Source: Scenedesmus sp. PABB004 (Eukaryota). Taken from it: a stretch of 64,000 nt of DNA. This document shows, in pieces, positions 1-12,849 of the stretch (positions are counted from its first letter, which is position 1; each line of letters begins with the position of its first letter). The stretch covers positions 248,001 through 312,000 of the forward strand of contig CM026547.1 in the NCBI GenBank assembly GCA_014905635.1, written 5' to 3'. A program made the translations under genes and the position numbers. A model generated the notes under the pieces. The model was not told the DNA's origin. It did not search any database and worked only from the letters and a program-made list of their open reading frames with translations.

Positions 1-538
1 CTGGTCGCGCGCCCGCGGCAGCGGGGCGGTCAGGAAGGTCTTCGGCGAGCCGGCAATGTAGTACATCTGCGGGCGCGGCGGCGGCGGGGCAGGGGCGGGG
101 TGGGCGGCGGCGGCCGGGCGCGCGCCGAAGCACACAGCTGCGGCGCGCGCGTGCGCCGCCGCGCCACGCACCGACATCTGCAGCTGCGTCATCTCGTCGG
201 CGCTGCCGAAGCTGCTGCCTGCGCGTGGGTGCGGGCGCGCGCCGTGAGCGGGCGCGCGGCGCAGCGTTGCGCGCAGCCGCGGGCCGCCGCGCCGCCGCGC
301 GCGCACCCGAGCCGCCCTTGCCGATGGTCCCGCGGCCGGTGGACGTGCTGGTCATGCCCACGAGGTCCTCGAACGAGCCGAACGCGCCCGCCGCGCCGAC
401 TTCGCCGATGGCGAGCTGCTCAAAGCTGATGTCGAGGCCCTGGCCCGCTGACGGCTGGACCAGCGCCGCGACCGCCAGCGCGAGCAGCAGCAGCGCCACC
501 GGTCTGCCGGCGCCGCTGGTCTGGCGGGACCGAGCCAT
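1..538 (-). CDS. Secreted protein of unknown function, 5' part (runs off the window start); exons about 538-307, 218-172, 66-1
   Basis: ATG at 538 gives MARSRQTSGAGRPVALLLLALAVAALVQPSAGQGLDISFEQL..., a signal-peptide-like start. Two GT-AG introns keep the frame (...GSSFGSADEMTQLQMS|MYYIAGSPKTF). Confidence 0.65.
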   Translation of the reverse strand, partial: MARSRQTSGAGRPVALLLLALAVAALVQPSAGQGLDISFEQLAIGEVGAAGAFGSFEDLVGMTSTSTGRGTIGKGGSGARAAARRPAAARNAAPRARSRRAPAPTRRQQLRQRRRDDAAADVGAWRGGARARRSCVLRRAPGRRRPPRPCPAAAAPADVLHCRLAEDLPDRPAAAGARP

Positions 539-1253
539 GGTCCCGCCCGAACGGGCGCCTGGGGCGGCTGCGGGTTCGCGCCGCGGCGCGCGGTGCCGGC
601 GCGCTGCAGCGGCGGCGGCGCGAGCCCTACGCGCCTGCGGTGCGCGCAGCCGGCGGCCGCGAGGTCGGGCGTGAGTTGGGTGAGGCGTGGGAGCCGTGGA
701 CGCGCGCTGGGGCCGCGCGGCCCGCCACGCGCGGCAGCAGCAGCGCCTGGTGAGGCGCGGCGCGCACCGGGCCGAGGCGCCGCGCCGCGGCCGCGTGGCG
801 TCGCCAGGAGAGTGCAGCAGGGCCAGAGCCGTCGATAGACCGCCCCCGGATCGGTGCTGCGCTCGCCCGGCGGAGGGCGCAGGTCCGGCGGGCCTGCTGC
901 TGGCGCAGTGCTCGGCGCGCGCGGCGCGCGGGACCGCCGTCGTGCGCTTACGATCAGTCAGAGTGGCGTGGGCAGGGCGTCGGTGCCCGAGCGCGGGTCG
1001 GGACCGCGCAGGTCTCTTCTGGGCAAGTTCAGTGTGCCAGACCTGGCCGCGCGCTGCCCGCGACACGCCCGTTGCATCCTCGAGTTTGTTTCAAACGCTC
1101 CTGCACGTCACAGAGCCGTTTGCGGCGGCGCAGCGAGCGTGTCACCCGGGCGACGCTGCTCGCGCCGACCGGTGACGCACGGCGGCGGCGGCAGCGCAGG
1201 CCAATGTTAAACGCGCGCAACCCACACGCAGAGAAACACACCAGCCTTCTGGT

Positions 1254-3549
1254 TCAGGCGTCGTCGTCATCGCTCAGGCCCAGCTGGTCGCCCGGCCCCG
1301 CGACCATGAGCTGCCGCAGCAGCGCGGCGTCGCCCGCCGCGCCCTTACCGCCTCCCGCCAACGACCCCGCCGCGCCGCCGCCGCCGCCGCCGCCGCCGGT
1401 CGCGCCGGCCGACCCGCCGCCGCTCGTCGTGCCGCCGCTGGCCGCGCGCGCGATGGCGGCCGCGGCGAGGCCGCTCGCGGCGCGCAGCGCGACGAGGCTG
1501 CCGCGCACCAGGCGCCCGCCCGTGTCGCGCGTCCAGCGCCCCGCGGCCTGCAGGTGGTCCTGAATGCTCGCCGGCAGCGCGTTCACCGCCGCCTCGTCCT
1601 CCTCGTCCCAGTAGCCCGCCACGACCTTGGCGCGCAGCGCTGCGTCGTCGCCACTGACGCCGCCACCGCCGCCGCCGCCGACGACGACGACGGCCGCGGG
1701 CTGCGCCGGCGGCTCGACGGCGCCGCGGTCGCCCGGGCCGCGCGCCGCGCGCTGCGCGGACGCGGCGGCGGCGGCCGCTGCGGCGGCGCGGCCTGCAAAC
1801 GCGGCCTTGAGCGTGCCGGCGGCGTGGCCAGCCGCGAGCGCCGACGCGGCCGCCGAGCTGTCCGGCGCCCGCGCCGGCACGCGAGCCCCAGGCGAGCCCC
1901 GGTGCTGGCTGGCCAGGGCGTAGCCCCAAGGGTCTCCCTGGTCCTGGTGCGCGCCGCCGCCGCTGGCCGTGCCGCCGGCCAGGTCGTCGGCATCGCTGTC
2001 GTCGTCGCCAGCGGCGCTCGCCAGCGCGGCGCGGCCGTGCAGCGTGAACCCGCCCGCTGAGCCCCGCCCGCCGCTGCTCGCCCTGCCGCCGCCCGGGTGG
2101 CCCGGCTCCCGGGCGGCGCCAGCCGTCCGCGTGTCCGCGGCGCCCGCAGCCCCGCCGCGGGCGGGAGCGCGCCGCCGACCGCCAGCGAGCGCAGCAGCCG
2201 CGCCCAGCGCAAGCAGCGCGGCGGCGCCGGCCAGTACCTGCAGCGGCGAGGCGCGCAGCACCAGCTGCCGCGCGGCTCCGTCGTACGAGGCGGCGGGCCG
2301 CTGCCCGCCGCTGCTCGGCGCAGCGCGGCGCTGGTCGGACGCAGCAGCACCGCCTGCGCGCGTCGTGCCGGCCCCCGGGCCGCCGCCGTTGCCCGTGCGC
2401 GGCAGGCACGTCTGCAGGAACAGCGCGGCGCCCTCGCGCACGTCGGCGGGCCAGGCCGGGCACTCGCCGCGCACGCCCGCCGCCCCCTCCGGCCGCAGCA
2501 CGCCCGCCAGCCACGCCGCGTGCGCGGGCGCCGCCGCCAGCAGCGCAGACACGGCGTGGGCGGCGCTCGCGGGGCTGGCGGCGGCGCAGGCGGGCAGCAG
2601 CCGGTGCAGCGCGCCGCAGGTCGCGCCCGCGCCCGCAGCGGCGGGGCGCGCCTGCCCCGCTGTGGCGGCGGCCTGCACAGGAGCCGCGTGAAGCTCCGCG
2701 CCGGCCTCTGCCGCCCTGGCCTGCATCGCCTGGGGCGGCGCGGCGGCGAGGCCCTGCAGTGCGGCCCACGCGGCCGCGGCCGCGGCGGTGCCCTGCCTGG
2801 CCGCCCGCGGCGGCGCGTCGGCCGCGGCGCCCGTCGCCCGCCCCGGGGGCGGCTCAAGGGGCGGGTCGACGGGCCGGCCGTGCTGCGTGAGGTTGACGAC
2901 CACCCGGGCGCTGGCGGCGCCTGCGGGGCCGCGACGGTGTGTGTTTTGGTTGCGTGTCCCCCCGCACCGCCTGTCGCGTCGCCCCACCTCCCGCCCGTGG
3001 CAGCCCCCCTGCTGCCGCCGCCGCCGCGCGCGCTCGTCACCTGCCGGCACCAGGGCGCTGCCGGCCCACGCGTGCTGCTGGCCGCCCGCGGCCTGCAGCG
3101 CCTGCACCGTGAGCAGCAGGGGCTGCGCGGCACCCGGCCGCGCGCCGCCGTCGGGCGGCGCCAATGGCAGCGGCAGCAGCAGCGCGACGTCGCGCGGCTC
3201 GCGCGGCGGGCCGCACACGCGGAATGCCGCCGCGGGGGCCGCGGCCGCGTGCTGCGCGGCGTCGGCCGGCGATGCGATGCTCGACAGGGCCGCCCGCACC
3301 TCGACGCACGCGGCGGCGCGCGCGGCGTCCGGCAGCGGCACGAGCGTGCTGCGGCGCGGGGCGGCGGCGGCGGTGGGTGGCGGCGCGCTGGGCAGCGGGC
3401 GGCGCGGCCAGGCCGGGTCGGCGCGCGCCCCCGCACCCGAGCACTGCGAGGCGCCGCGCGCCGTGCAGCGGCGCCGTGCCGCCGCCAGCGGCGGCGCACG
3501 CCGCCACGGCTGTCAGCGCCAGCAGCGCGGCCAGCGCGGCGCGCGCCAT
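1254..3549 (-). CDS. Hypothetical signal-peptide plus single-TM protein, Ala/Gly-rich, 2 introns
   Basis: Starts MARAALAALLALTAVAACAAA, has an internal hydrophobic segment LQVLAGAAALLALGAAAALAG, GT-AG introns and a TGA at 1254. Divergent from transportin. Confidence 0.6.
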
Positions 3550-3900
3550 GCTGCGGCGTGGTGGTTGCGGCGGTTGCGCGGCGCCGCGGCGGCGCGCTGC
3601 GCGCGGCAGCGCGGGCGGGCGCGCGGTGCGCGGCGGCGCGCCGGGGCGGCCTGGCGGTGCCGATCGCGGTGTCGACGCGGCCGATTGGGGTGCGAGGCCG
3701 GCCGGGTGGCGCCAGGGCACGCGGGACGACGGACCGGCGCAAAGCCCGCGCCCCGACGCGCCAGCGCCCCGCCACGTCGCGCGGCACTGCACAGCGTGCA
3801 GATCAACGCGTGCGCTCGCCGTCGCGGCCGCGGGTTCGACTGCAGCGGCGGCAGGGGGCCCGCAGGGGCGCGCGCCATCACGCCGTCCGCGCCTGCGCCG

Positions 3901-6900
3901 ATGGCGGAGGCCCAGGTGATCGCGGCCATCACCGCCCTGTACCGCAGCGACGATGGCGCCGTGCGCAACGAGGCGGACCGCTGGCTGGAGGCGTGGCAGG
4001 CGAGCGCGGAGGCCTGGACCGTGGCCAACGCGATCCTCCACAACCCGGCGAGCGAGCCGGAGTTCACCTACTTCTGCGCCCAGACGTTGAAGACAAAGGC
4101 GCGCCGCGGCGGCGCCCGCGCCGGCAGCGGCGGCGGCGGCAGCAGCAGCAGCAGCGGCGGTTGGCGCGCGCCGCCGCGCGCCGATCGCGCCGCGCCGGGC
4201 CACGGCCGCAGGTGCAGCGCGACTACGAGGAGCTGCCACCGGACGCGGTGCCGCAGCTGCGCGACAGCCTGCTGGCGCTGCTCCTGCGCTTCGGCAAGGG
4301 CGCGCCCGCGGTGCGCACGCAGCTCTGCCTCGCGATGGCGGCGCTCGCGGCGCACCTCCCCGCGGCGGCGTGGGGCGAGGGCGGCGTGCTGCGCTGGGTC
4401 ATGGACCGACTCGCCGGCCAGCCGCCCGACGTGGCGATGTCGTGCATGCTAGAGCTGCTCACCGTGCTGCCGCAGGTGCGGCGGCCGCGGCGCCGCGCGC
4501 CCGCGCCGCGCGCCCGCACCAGCGGTAGCGCCGCGGGGCCGCGCCGCCGCGCCGCCGCGCCGAGCGCGCCATCGGCGCCGCCGCGCACGCAGGAGGCGGA
4601 CAGCCGGCGCATCTCGAGCCGGCCGGAGCGCCGCGCCGCGTTTGCGGCGGAGCTGCGCGCCGTCATCCCTGACGCGCTCAACCTGCTCACCAGGTGCGCG
4701 CGCGAGCCGCGCGAGCGGCAGCGGGCCACGTGGCGCAGCGCGGCAGCGGCCACCGCGGCGCCCCTCCGCAGCGCACAGTCACGCCTGCCCGGCCCGCGCG
4801 CGCCCACGCCGCAGCTGCCTCTCGCAGCCGGGCGAGACGGTGCGCAGCCAGGTGCTAGAGAGCCTGGGCTGCTGGCTCAAGCTCAGCGGCGGCGACGAGC
4901 TGCCGCCGGGCCTGCCGGACAGCCCACTCGTTGCGGCGGCGCTGCAGGGGCTGGGCGTGGACGGCACCTTCCACGCGTCCGTCGACGCGGTGCGCGGCGC
5001 AGGGCGCGCGGCGGCGGCAGCAGCGCCCGGCGGGGCGGCGGCCGCCGCGCCCGCTCACCACGCCCGCGCGCCGCCGCGGCCGGCGCCGCCGCCGCCGTTG
5101 CCCAGGTGGTTGAGCTGATCTGGGTGACGGTCGACCCGCGCACGTGCGTGCCCAACGGCAGCATGACCGGCCTCTCGCAGCACCTCGTCGGCCAGGTCAT
5201 GGGCCTGCGCCCGCGCTTCAGCGTCGCGCTGCGCAAGGCCATCGCGGGTGCGCGCGGCGGGGCCCGCGCCGGCACACGCGGCCGCCGAGCGGGCCGGCGG
5301 CCGAGCGGCTCCGCGCCGCGCCTGACCGCGCCGCGGCGCGCAGAGTCGGACGGCCGCGACGGCGGCGGCGACGACGTGGACGACGAGTTTGACGACGACG
5401 AGGAGGCGGTCAAGGGCATGGCCCGCCTCTTCTGCGAGGTCGCGGAGGCCTACATCCAGCTCGTGCTCGCCGCCACGCCCGACGTGCGGCGCGGCGCGCC
5501 CGCGCGCGGCGGCGGCGCGGCGGAGCGCAGGCCGGGGAGTCCGCACGCCGCGGCGCCGAGCCCCGCGCGCCACGCCACAACGCCGCCGCCGCCGCCGCGG
5601 CTCGTCCGCGCAGGTGCTGCCGCCGGTTGAGGCGCTGCTGGACGCGACGGCGCACCCGGACCACGAGATCTACAGCATGTCGTTTGGCTTCTGGCACAAG
5701 CTCGCGCGCCAGCTCAGCATCGACCCGGCCGCGGCCGCGGCGGCGGCGCAGCCGCCGGGCTCGCCCGTCGCGCAGGGCTCGCCGGCCGCGGCCGCGGCCG
5801 CGGCGGAGCAGCAGCGGCGGCGTGAGTTCTTCCGGCCGGCGTTTGAGAAGCTCGTCGCGCTCGTGCGGCAGCGCATGCGGTGCGCGGCGACGCGCGGCGC
5901 GGCGCGGGGCCCACGGCACGCGCGGCTCGCGCGCCGCCCGCGCAGCAGGCGACGGAGCGGCGCGCCCCGCACGCGCCTTGCTGCGCCGCAGGCTGCCGGA
6001 CGGCTACCACAGCATGCGCAGCGGCGAGCGCGCCGACTGGCGGCGCTCGCGGCACGCGTGGGGCGACGTGCTGACCGACGCGGCGGTCGCGATGGGCGAG
6101 ACGCGCGCGCTGCAGCTGCTGCTCGTCCCGCTGACGGAGGTCAGCCAGGCGGTCGCGGCGGGGCGGGAGTTTGACTGGAAGACGGCCGAGCTCGCGCTCA
6201 ACTGCGTGCGGTGCGCGCACGGCGCAGCGCGCACGGCAGCGCGCGCCCGCCCGGGCGCGCAGGCCCGGCCGGGAGCGAGCGACGCCCGGCGCATTCGCGC
6301 GCGCCCACGCGCCGCCGCCGCCGCCGCCGCCGCCCGGCCGCAGGGAGCTGGGCGTGCTGCACCGCTCGTTTGCGACGGGCGAGCCGCTGCTGGAGCAGCT
6401 GCTCAGCGCGCTGCCGACGCTGCCGTCGACGCCGCCGCAGCTGCCCTACACGGGCGCGCTGCTCCTCTCGTCGTACGCCGAGTGGCTCGGCCGCACCATC
6501 AGCGCGGGGCACTGCCGCGACCTCCTGCCCCGGTGCGGCGGCGCCGCCCGCGGGCGGCCCCCGCGCCCGCCCGAAGAGCAGCGGCGGCGGGCAGCACGTC
6601 TGCCGGCGCGCCGCCGCCGCCCGCCGACGCCTCGCCCTCCTCTGCCGCCGCCTCTGCCGTCGCCTCTGCCGCCGCCGCAGGCTGCTGCAGATGCTGATGA
6701 CCGCCCTGGGCGACCCGCAGTCGTCGTCGGCCGCCGCGATCGCGATCCGCGACCTCTGCGACTGCTGCGGCCAGCACATGGCGCCGTTCCTGGAGCAGCT
6801 GAGCGCCCTCTACGGCAAGACGCTCGAGGCCGGCGCGGCGACCAAGGCCGCCGCCGCCGCGGCCGCCGCCGCCGCCGCGGCGGGCCCCGCCGGCGTGATC

Positions 6901-8856
6901 GCGGGACCCGTGCTCAACGCGGCGCAGCGCAGCGCGGCGGCGGCGGCGGCCGCGAACAACGCGGCCGCGGCGGCGGGCGGGCTGCACGAGGACGACGTCC
7001 ACGCCGTCATCCAGGGCGTGACAATGGCCCTCACGCGGTGCGTGCGCGCGTGCGCGGGAGGGGGAGGGATGGAGACTGCTGCGCGCGCGCGCTGGACGCA
7101 GCAGCGCGCTGGACTCCGCTGCGCGCTGGACACGGCCCGCCGCGCCCCGGCCGGCGCTGCCGAGCCTTCTCCCGACGCGCGCCGCCGCCGCCGCCGCAGG
7201 TGCCTGCCGGAGCAGCAGCTCCCCACGGCGCTGCAGGCGCTCGCGCGGCCGCTGCTCGCGCCGGTCCAGGCGGCGATGCAGCAGTTCACGCCCAGCCTCA
7301 GCGCGGGCGAGCTGGCCGCGCAGCTGCCGCTGTTCGACCGCCTCGCCACACTCTTCCAGGCCCTGGGCGAGCAGCGCGGGGCCGCGGCGGCGGTGCTGCA
7401 GCAGGCGTGGCCGTCGATCGACGTCGGGCTGCAGCGCGCCGCGGGCGACAAGAGCGCGGTCGAACGCCTGGGCAGGCGCGGCGCGGCGCCGCTGCTCGCC
7501 GGCGGGCGTCGCCGCCGGGCTGGCCGGCCGTGCGCGCGCCGCGCAGCGGCTGCGGGCGGGCGGGCCTCCCAGCCGGCACGCCCCGCCGCCCGCGCCGCCA
7601 GGGTTCTGCGCTACGGCATCAAGGCCTCGGACAGGGCCTGCGCGCCGATGCTGCCCACGCTGCTGGACGCGCTGCCCGCGCGCTTCGCGCAGGTGCGCGC
7701 GCCTGCGTGCCGCGCCCTGCGCCGCGCCGCGCTCACCTCGCCACGCCGCGCTGGCCGCCGCCGCGCTCACCTCGCCGCGCCGCGCTGGCCGCCGCCGCGC
7801 TCACCTCGCCGCGCCGCGGTGGCCGCCGCCGCCGCGCGCCAGACGCGTCACCCGGTCTTCATCTACACCGTCAGCGAGCTGCTCAAGGTCTTTGCCTCCG
7901 AGCCCGCCGCCGACGGGAGCATGGGCCCGATCCTGGCCGCGCTGCTCGGCAGCAGCGCGGCGGCGCTCACGACGCTGCAGGCGCGCGCGGCGCGGCGCGG
8001 CGCCGCGGCGGCCGCGCACGTCGCGCCCTGGCCCGACGGCTCCGACTCGGCGCACGCCGCGTGGTCCGCTCGCTCACAACGCGCCGCGCTCCTGCCGCAC
8101 GCAGGCGATGGACGACCAGCCAGACCTGGTGGACGACACCTTCCTGCTCGCCGGCCGCGCCGCCGCGTACTGCCCGCGCATGCTGCTGCTGCCGCAGCTG
8201 CTGCCGCCGCTGCTCGACACCGCGGTGGTGAGCGAGCGCGCGCGGCGCAGCGGCCGCGCTGCGCCCGCGCGCTCGCGCCGCTGCTCACACGCCGCGGCCG
8301 CCGTGCGCCGCCCGCGCGCGCGCCGCAGCTCGGCGTGCTGGTGCAGCACCGCGAGGCGTGCCGCAGCGTGCTCGCCTTCCTCACGCGCCTGTTTGACCCG
8401 GGCACCGCGCTCGCCGCGCTCGCGCGCCAGCCCGGCCCCGACCAGGCGTCCGCGGTCGCGCTGCTGGAGGCGCAGCTGTCGCGCGTGGGCCAGGCGCTCG
8501 TGCACGTGCTGCTCGGCGGCGTCGTCGGCGCGCTGCCGCTGAGCCGCGTCGAGGACGTCGCGCCCGTGCTGCAGGCGATGCTGCGCCTCGCGGGCGCCAA
8601 GGGCGTGCTCGCGTGGGTCACCGACGCGGCGCGCGCGGTGCCCGACGCCGCGCTCACGCCGAGCGACAAGGACGCGCTCGTCGCCGCCGCGGCGGCGGTG
8701 GTGCAGGGCAACGCGGGCATGGACGGCGGGTGCGAGGGCCTCGAGGCGGCGCTCGAGACGGTCAGCGACCTCGCGCGCCGCAACAAGCGCGCGATGCGCG
8801 CCGCGCAGGCCGCGCTGCTGCCGCCCGCGCTGCACGCGCAGCTGGGCCTCGCGTGA
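3901..8856 (+). CDS. TNPO3: Transportin-3 / MOS14 / Mtr10 family importin-beta (about 15 exons)
   Basis: MAEAQVIAAITALYRSDDGAVRNEADRWLEAWQASAEAW...YFCAQTLKTK|VQRDYEELP...VRTQLCLAMAALA, LELLTVLPQE, KGMARLFCEVAEAY, MSFGFWH and PDLVDDTFLLA. These match the importin-beta N-terminal/Xpo1 pattern of TNPO3. Confidence 0.9.
7726..7820 (+). repeat. Intronic 34-bp tandem repeat (about 2.7 copies), each copy containing CTCAC
   Basis: Repeated unit gccgcgctcacctcgccgcgccgcgctggccgcc. Confidence 0.8.
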
Positions 8857-9151
8857 GCGCTGGCGCGTGTGTGCATGCGTGTGTGCACAGCGGCGCGAGC
8901 AGCAGGAGCGGGCCGGGCGGGCGGGCGGCTCTGAAACGAACGCCGAGCGCCGCCGCCGCGATCGATCACGCGCGCGCCCCGCGGAGGCAATGAGACTGTT
9001 TCCTAGGAGGAGCAACTGTCCGCGCCTCTGCGACCTCACCTCACCGCCTGGCGGTCGGCGCCCGCCCGCGGGGCGGGCGCCTGCGCCGGCCGCAACGCCC
9101 AACTCGCGGCACGCGCTCCGCGCCCACAACTCGGCACCCGCGCTGCGCGGC

Positions 9152-10870
9152 TCACTGCCACTTGGCCTTGTTCGCCGCGGCGCGCGCCGCGGCCTTGGCC
9201 TCCACCTCTGCCGCCACCTGCGGCGGCGGCCGCGATCGACGGCGCGGGCGCGCGCCGCCAGGGCACGCGCCCGCCCGCAGCGCGGCGCGGCCTGCTGGCC
9301 GGCCAGGCCCGGCGCGCGCCGGCCGCGTGCCCCGCAGGCCAGCTGGCCGCACCTTGAACCAGAGGCTGCCGTCGTAGTTGGCGCGGATGGCCTCCTTGCT
9401 GATGACGCCCGCGTCGTCGGCGGCGAGCAGGTAGAGCGTCCACCACTCGAGCCGCTCCGCGATCCTGCGGCCGGGCGCGGCGGCGGCGCGCGCTGGGCGG
9501 CGGCCGCCGCGCCGCGCCGCGGGCGCGCTGCCGCACGCTTGAGCTCAGTTGGGCTTGCAAGCGCGGGGTGCGTCAATCTCAATGCTGTGCCGCACCAGCC
9601 CACGGGGTCCATGATGTTCATGTTGCCCAGGATCATGGCCTGGCCAGGGGCGGCGGTGGCGGCGGCAGCGGGCCCGGGAGCGCCGGTGGGCGGGGCATCG
9701 GGCGGGCGGCCGCCGCTTGAGCTCGGCCACGCGCCGCGCGCCGGTGAGCCCGCGCGCGCGCGCCTGCAGGTCGTCCCAGGAGAGGCCGCCCTTGTTGCCG
9801 CGGTCGTACTTGCTGAAGAGCTCCTCGAAGCGCTGCGGCACGAAGCGGCCCTCCGTGTCGTAAACCTCTGCGGCGCGCACACGTGGAGCGCGCGGCGCGC
9901 GCGGGCTTTGGTCAGCGGCGCGGCGGGACGCGCGCACGGCGAGCCGCGTCGACGACTGGCCCCCGCGCGCGCGCGCGCGCGGCGCACCAGAGTCGCTGCC
10001 GTGCTTGCAGCGGTGCACGTTCTGCGGGCGGCGCGGCGCGGCCGGCGGCGGGGCGGGCGGCGGGGCGGGCGTGCGCGTGCGCATGTGCGGCGGCAGCACC
10101 GGGCCCGGGCCTGCAGGCCAGCTGGTGGCGCGCAGCGTCGACACCAAGCTTGGTGTTCACTCATGAGTGAGCTGATCAGCTCAGCCTCAACCCCCACCTT
10201 GAGGTAGATGCGCATGAAGGGGTCGGGCAGCCACGTGGGCGCGGAGGGGTAGCTGAAGCTGCCTGCAGCGTGAGGGCGCGGGCGGCAGCGGCGGCGGCTG
10301 ACCAGCGCGCGCCGCGAGCGCGCGCGGCCGCTGCGCGGCGGCAGCCGCGCGGCGGCTGCGCGGCGGCCGCGCGCCGTGGATGAAGGGCACGGCGAGGGAG
10401 CTGATGATGCGGCCGAAGCCGAGCCGCCTGAATCCGACGTACGTATCCGATGGCCACAGGATGCCGTCGTTATCGCTGGCGATGCGCGCGCGAGCGGGCG
10501 GGCGGGCGACTGGCGCACGCGCGGCGCGGCGCGCGCGCGGCGCGGGCGCCCGCGCCGCGCGGGCCCCAGCGGGGCCCGAGGCGCCCGCACAGGGGCCTCG
10601 GGCGCTCGCCAGGGCCGCCCTGGGCGATCAACGGCGCGCGCGGGACTGGGGCACGCACCGGTCGAAGAAGTCGCAGTGCTGGTGCAGCACCGTGTGGTCG
10701 GGGCGGCTCAGCGAGTCGGGCGCGCCCTGGGGGCACTCCTTGCTCACGGCCTTGGCGGCCCGCGCGACGCCCGGCTGCGGCAGCGACGCGTCCAGCCCGA
10801 GCGGCAGCGGGCGCGCCACGGTGACCGGCGCCGAGTCGATCGCCGTCGCGAGGCCGTCCACGGACGCCAT
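9152..10870 (-). CDS. Caleosin / peroxygenase (8 exons)
   Basis: TVLHQHCDFFDRDNDGILWPSDTYVGFRRLGF (EF-hand), proline-knot-like PSAPTWLPDPF, NVHRCKHGSDS, YDTEGRFVPQRFEELFSKYD and YDGSLW. Confidence 0.95.
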
Positions 10871-11152
10871 GGTGGTGGCGGGGGCTGTGAGCTGCGGCGA
10901 GGGACGCGGGAGGGCCGCGTTGTGGGGGAGTGGGAGGGGGCGCGCACGAGGCGCCCGCCGCCCGCCGCGCACCACGACGTCAACGACGACGCGGCGAGGG
11001 CTCAGCCCCCCTCGCTGGTGGCTTCGGCGTCGTCCGGTCGCGCCACACGCGGCGCCGCTCCAGACCGCGCCGCCAGCGCGCCCCCGCCCGAGCCGCACGC
11101 CGCCGCGTCGACGCCGCAGCTTGCCGCTCGAGCGCCCAGCGCAGCGCGCCCC

Positions 11153-12546
11153 ATGGCGGCCAGCGCGACGGCCCCGCGCCACGCCGCGGCCTCAATGCAC
11201 GGCCCTCAATCGCGGCCCTGGCCCGCGCAGCTGGGGGCGCCGTGCCGGGCAGCAGCGGGCGCCGCCGCTGCGCGGCGCGGCCGCCTCCTGCGCCGCGCCG
11301 CGCAGCCCGCGGACGTGCAGGTGGGTCCCGTGGCTCAGCGCAGCGTCGCGCCGTGGCAGCGCGGGCCGCGCCTCGCGCGCTGAGCTGCCGCCGCCCGGGC
11401 TGGCAGGCGGCCGCTGCTGCCAGGCCGGCGTTTGCGGTGCGCGAGGCCGAGACGGCCGCGGAGCTGCGCGCCGCCGGCTACCTGCGGGCCCACAGCTTCT
11501 ACACCTACCCGCCCGACCGCAGCGAGTTCTCGGCGCGGGTGCGCGCACGGCGCGGCGGCAGCTCGGGGCGCGGCAGCTCCCGGGGCGCGCGCAGCGGCGC
11601 GGGCGGCGGCCGAGCGCGGCTGCCACGCGGCTGCGCCGCGCAGATGCACCGCCGCATGAAGGGCGACGCGGAGTGGGAGTCGGTGACGCGCAAGGTCAAC
11701 GGTGCGCACCCGTCAACGGCGGCGCGGGCGCGGGCGCGGGACCGCCGCCCCCGCGCGCGGCCGCGGCCGCGCCGCCGCCGACGCGCTGCCGCCGCGCCCC
11801 GCCGCCGTAGGCACGGAGCCCAGCTACGAGTCGATGACGGTGGTGTGCCTCGTGGCCACGCTGCCGGACGTGCCGGGCTGCCCCGTGGCGGAGCGGGTGC
11901 GCGCGCGCCCTTCGCCGCCGCCGCACGCGGCGCGACGCGGCGCCCGCGCCGGCTGCTCACGCGCGCCCGCGCCCGCGCGCTCGCGGCGCAGGCGGCGGCG
12001 GAGCTGGACCCTTCGGCCAAGCTGCCCGCCGACGCGGCGACGGGCGCGCCGCCGCAGCTCGTGGTCGGCAGCGTCGACGTCAACCGCGGCGCGGTGCTGC
12101 CCGCCGAAGACCTGGTCGGGCGCCTGCCGCCGGTGCGGCGCGCGGCAGCGGCAGCGGTGGCGGCCGCGCACGGCGGCGGCGGGGCGCCGCCGCGCGGCCG
12201 TCCGTCCGCGCAGCCCCCCGCTGACCGCGCCCACACGCCGCCGCGGCCCCGCGCGCAGGAGGGCCAGGCCACGCGGCGGGCGTACCTGTCAAACGTGTGC
12301 GTCGCGTCGGCGGCACAGCGCCGCGGCATCGCGGCGGCGCTGCTGACCGCCGCCGAGGCGCGCGCGGCGGCGCTGGGCGTGGCGCACCTGTACGTGCACG
12401 TGGTGCACGACAACGCTCCCGCGCGCGGCCTCTACGCCCGCCTGGGCTACGAGGCCGAGGCGGAGGAGACGGAGGCGTTCGCGCGCGCGCTGCGCCGCCC
12501 GCGGCGCCTGCTGCTGCACAAGCGGCTCGCCGGCGCCGCCGAGTGA
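11153..12546 (+). CDS. GNAT-family N-acetyltransferase, probably plastid-targeted (6 exons)
   Basis: AYLSNVCVASAAQRRGIAAALL (acetyl-CoA binding motif A), LYVHVVHDNAPARGLYARLGY, and an Ala/Arg-rich transit-like N-terminus. Confidence 0.88.
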
Positions 12547-12849
12547 GGAGGGGGCAGGCTGGTGTGCGGGCGCTGAGAGACGCGCCGCCGCCGCCCAGGG
12601 GGCTCAACGCGCAACCCGCCGAACCGCCGTGGGTCTCGCCGCTGCGCCCTGCGCCGCCGCCGCCGCGCCGCCGCGCGCCACCGCGCCGCCCGCCTCCACG
12701 GTCGCTTCATACCTCTCGCGAGCGGTCCCGGAGCGCGCTGCCGGCCCGCACAGGCGCGCCCAGCCCTCCCGATCGCCCTGCCATCTTGCGTCTGCTGCTG
12801 CTGATGGCCCCCTGAGCGCAGCGAGCAGCAGGCAGCCCGGGTCGCACCA

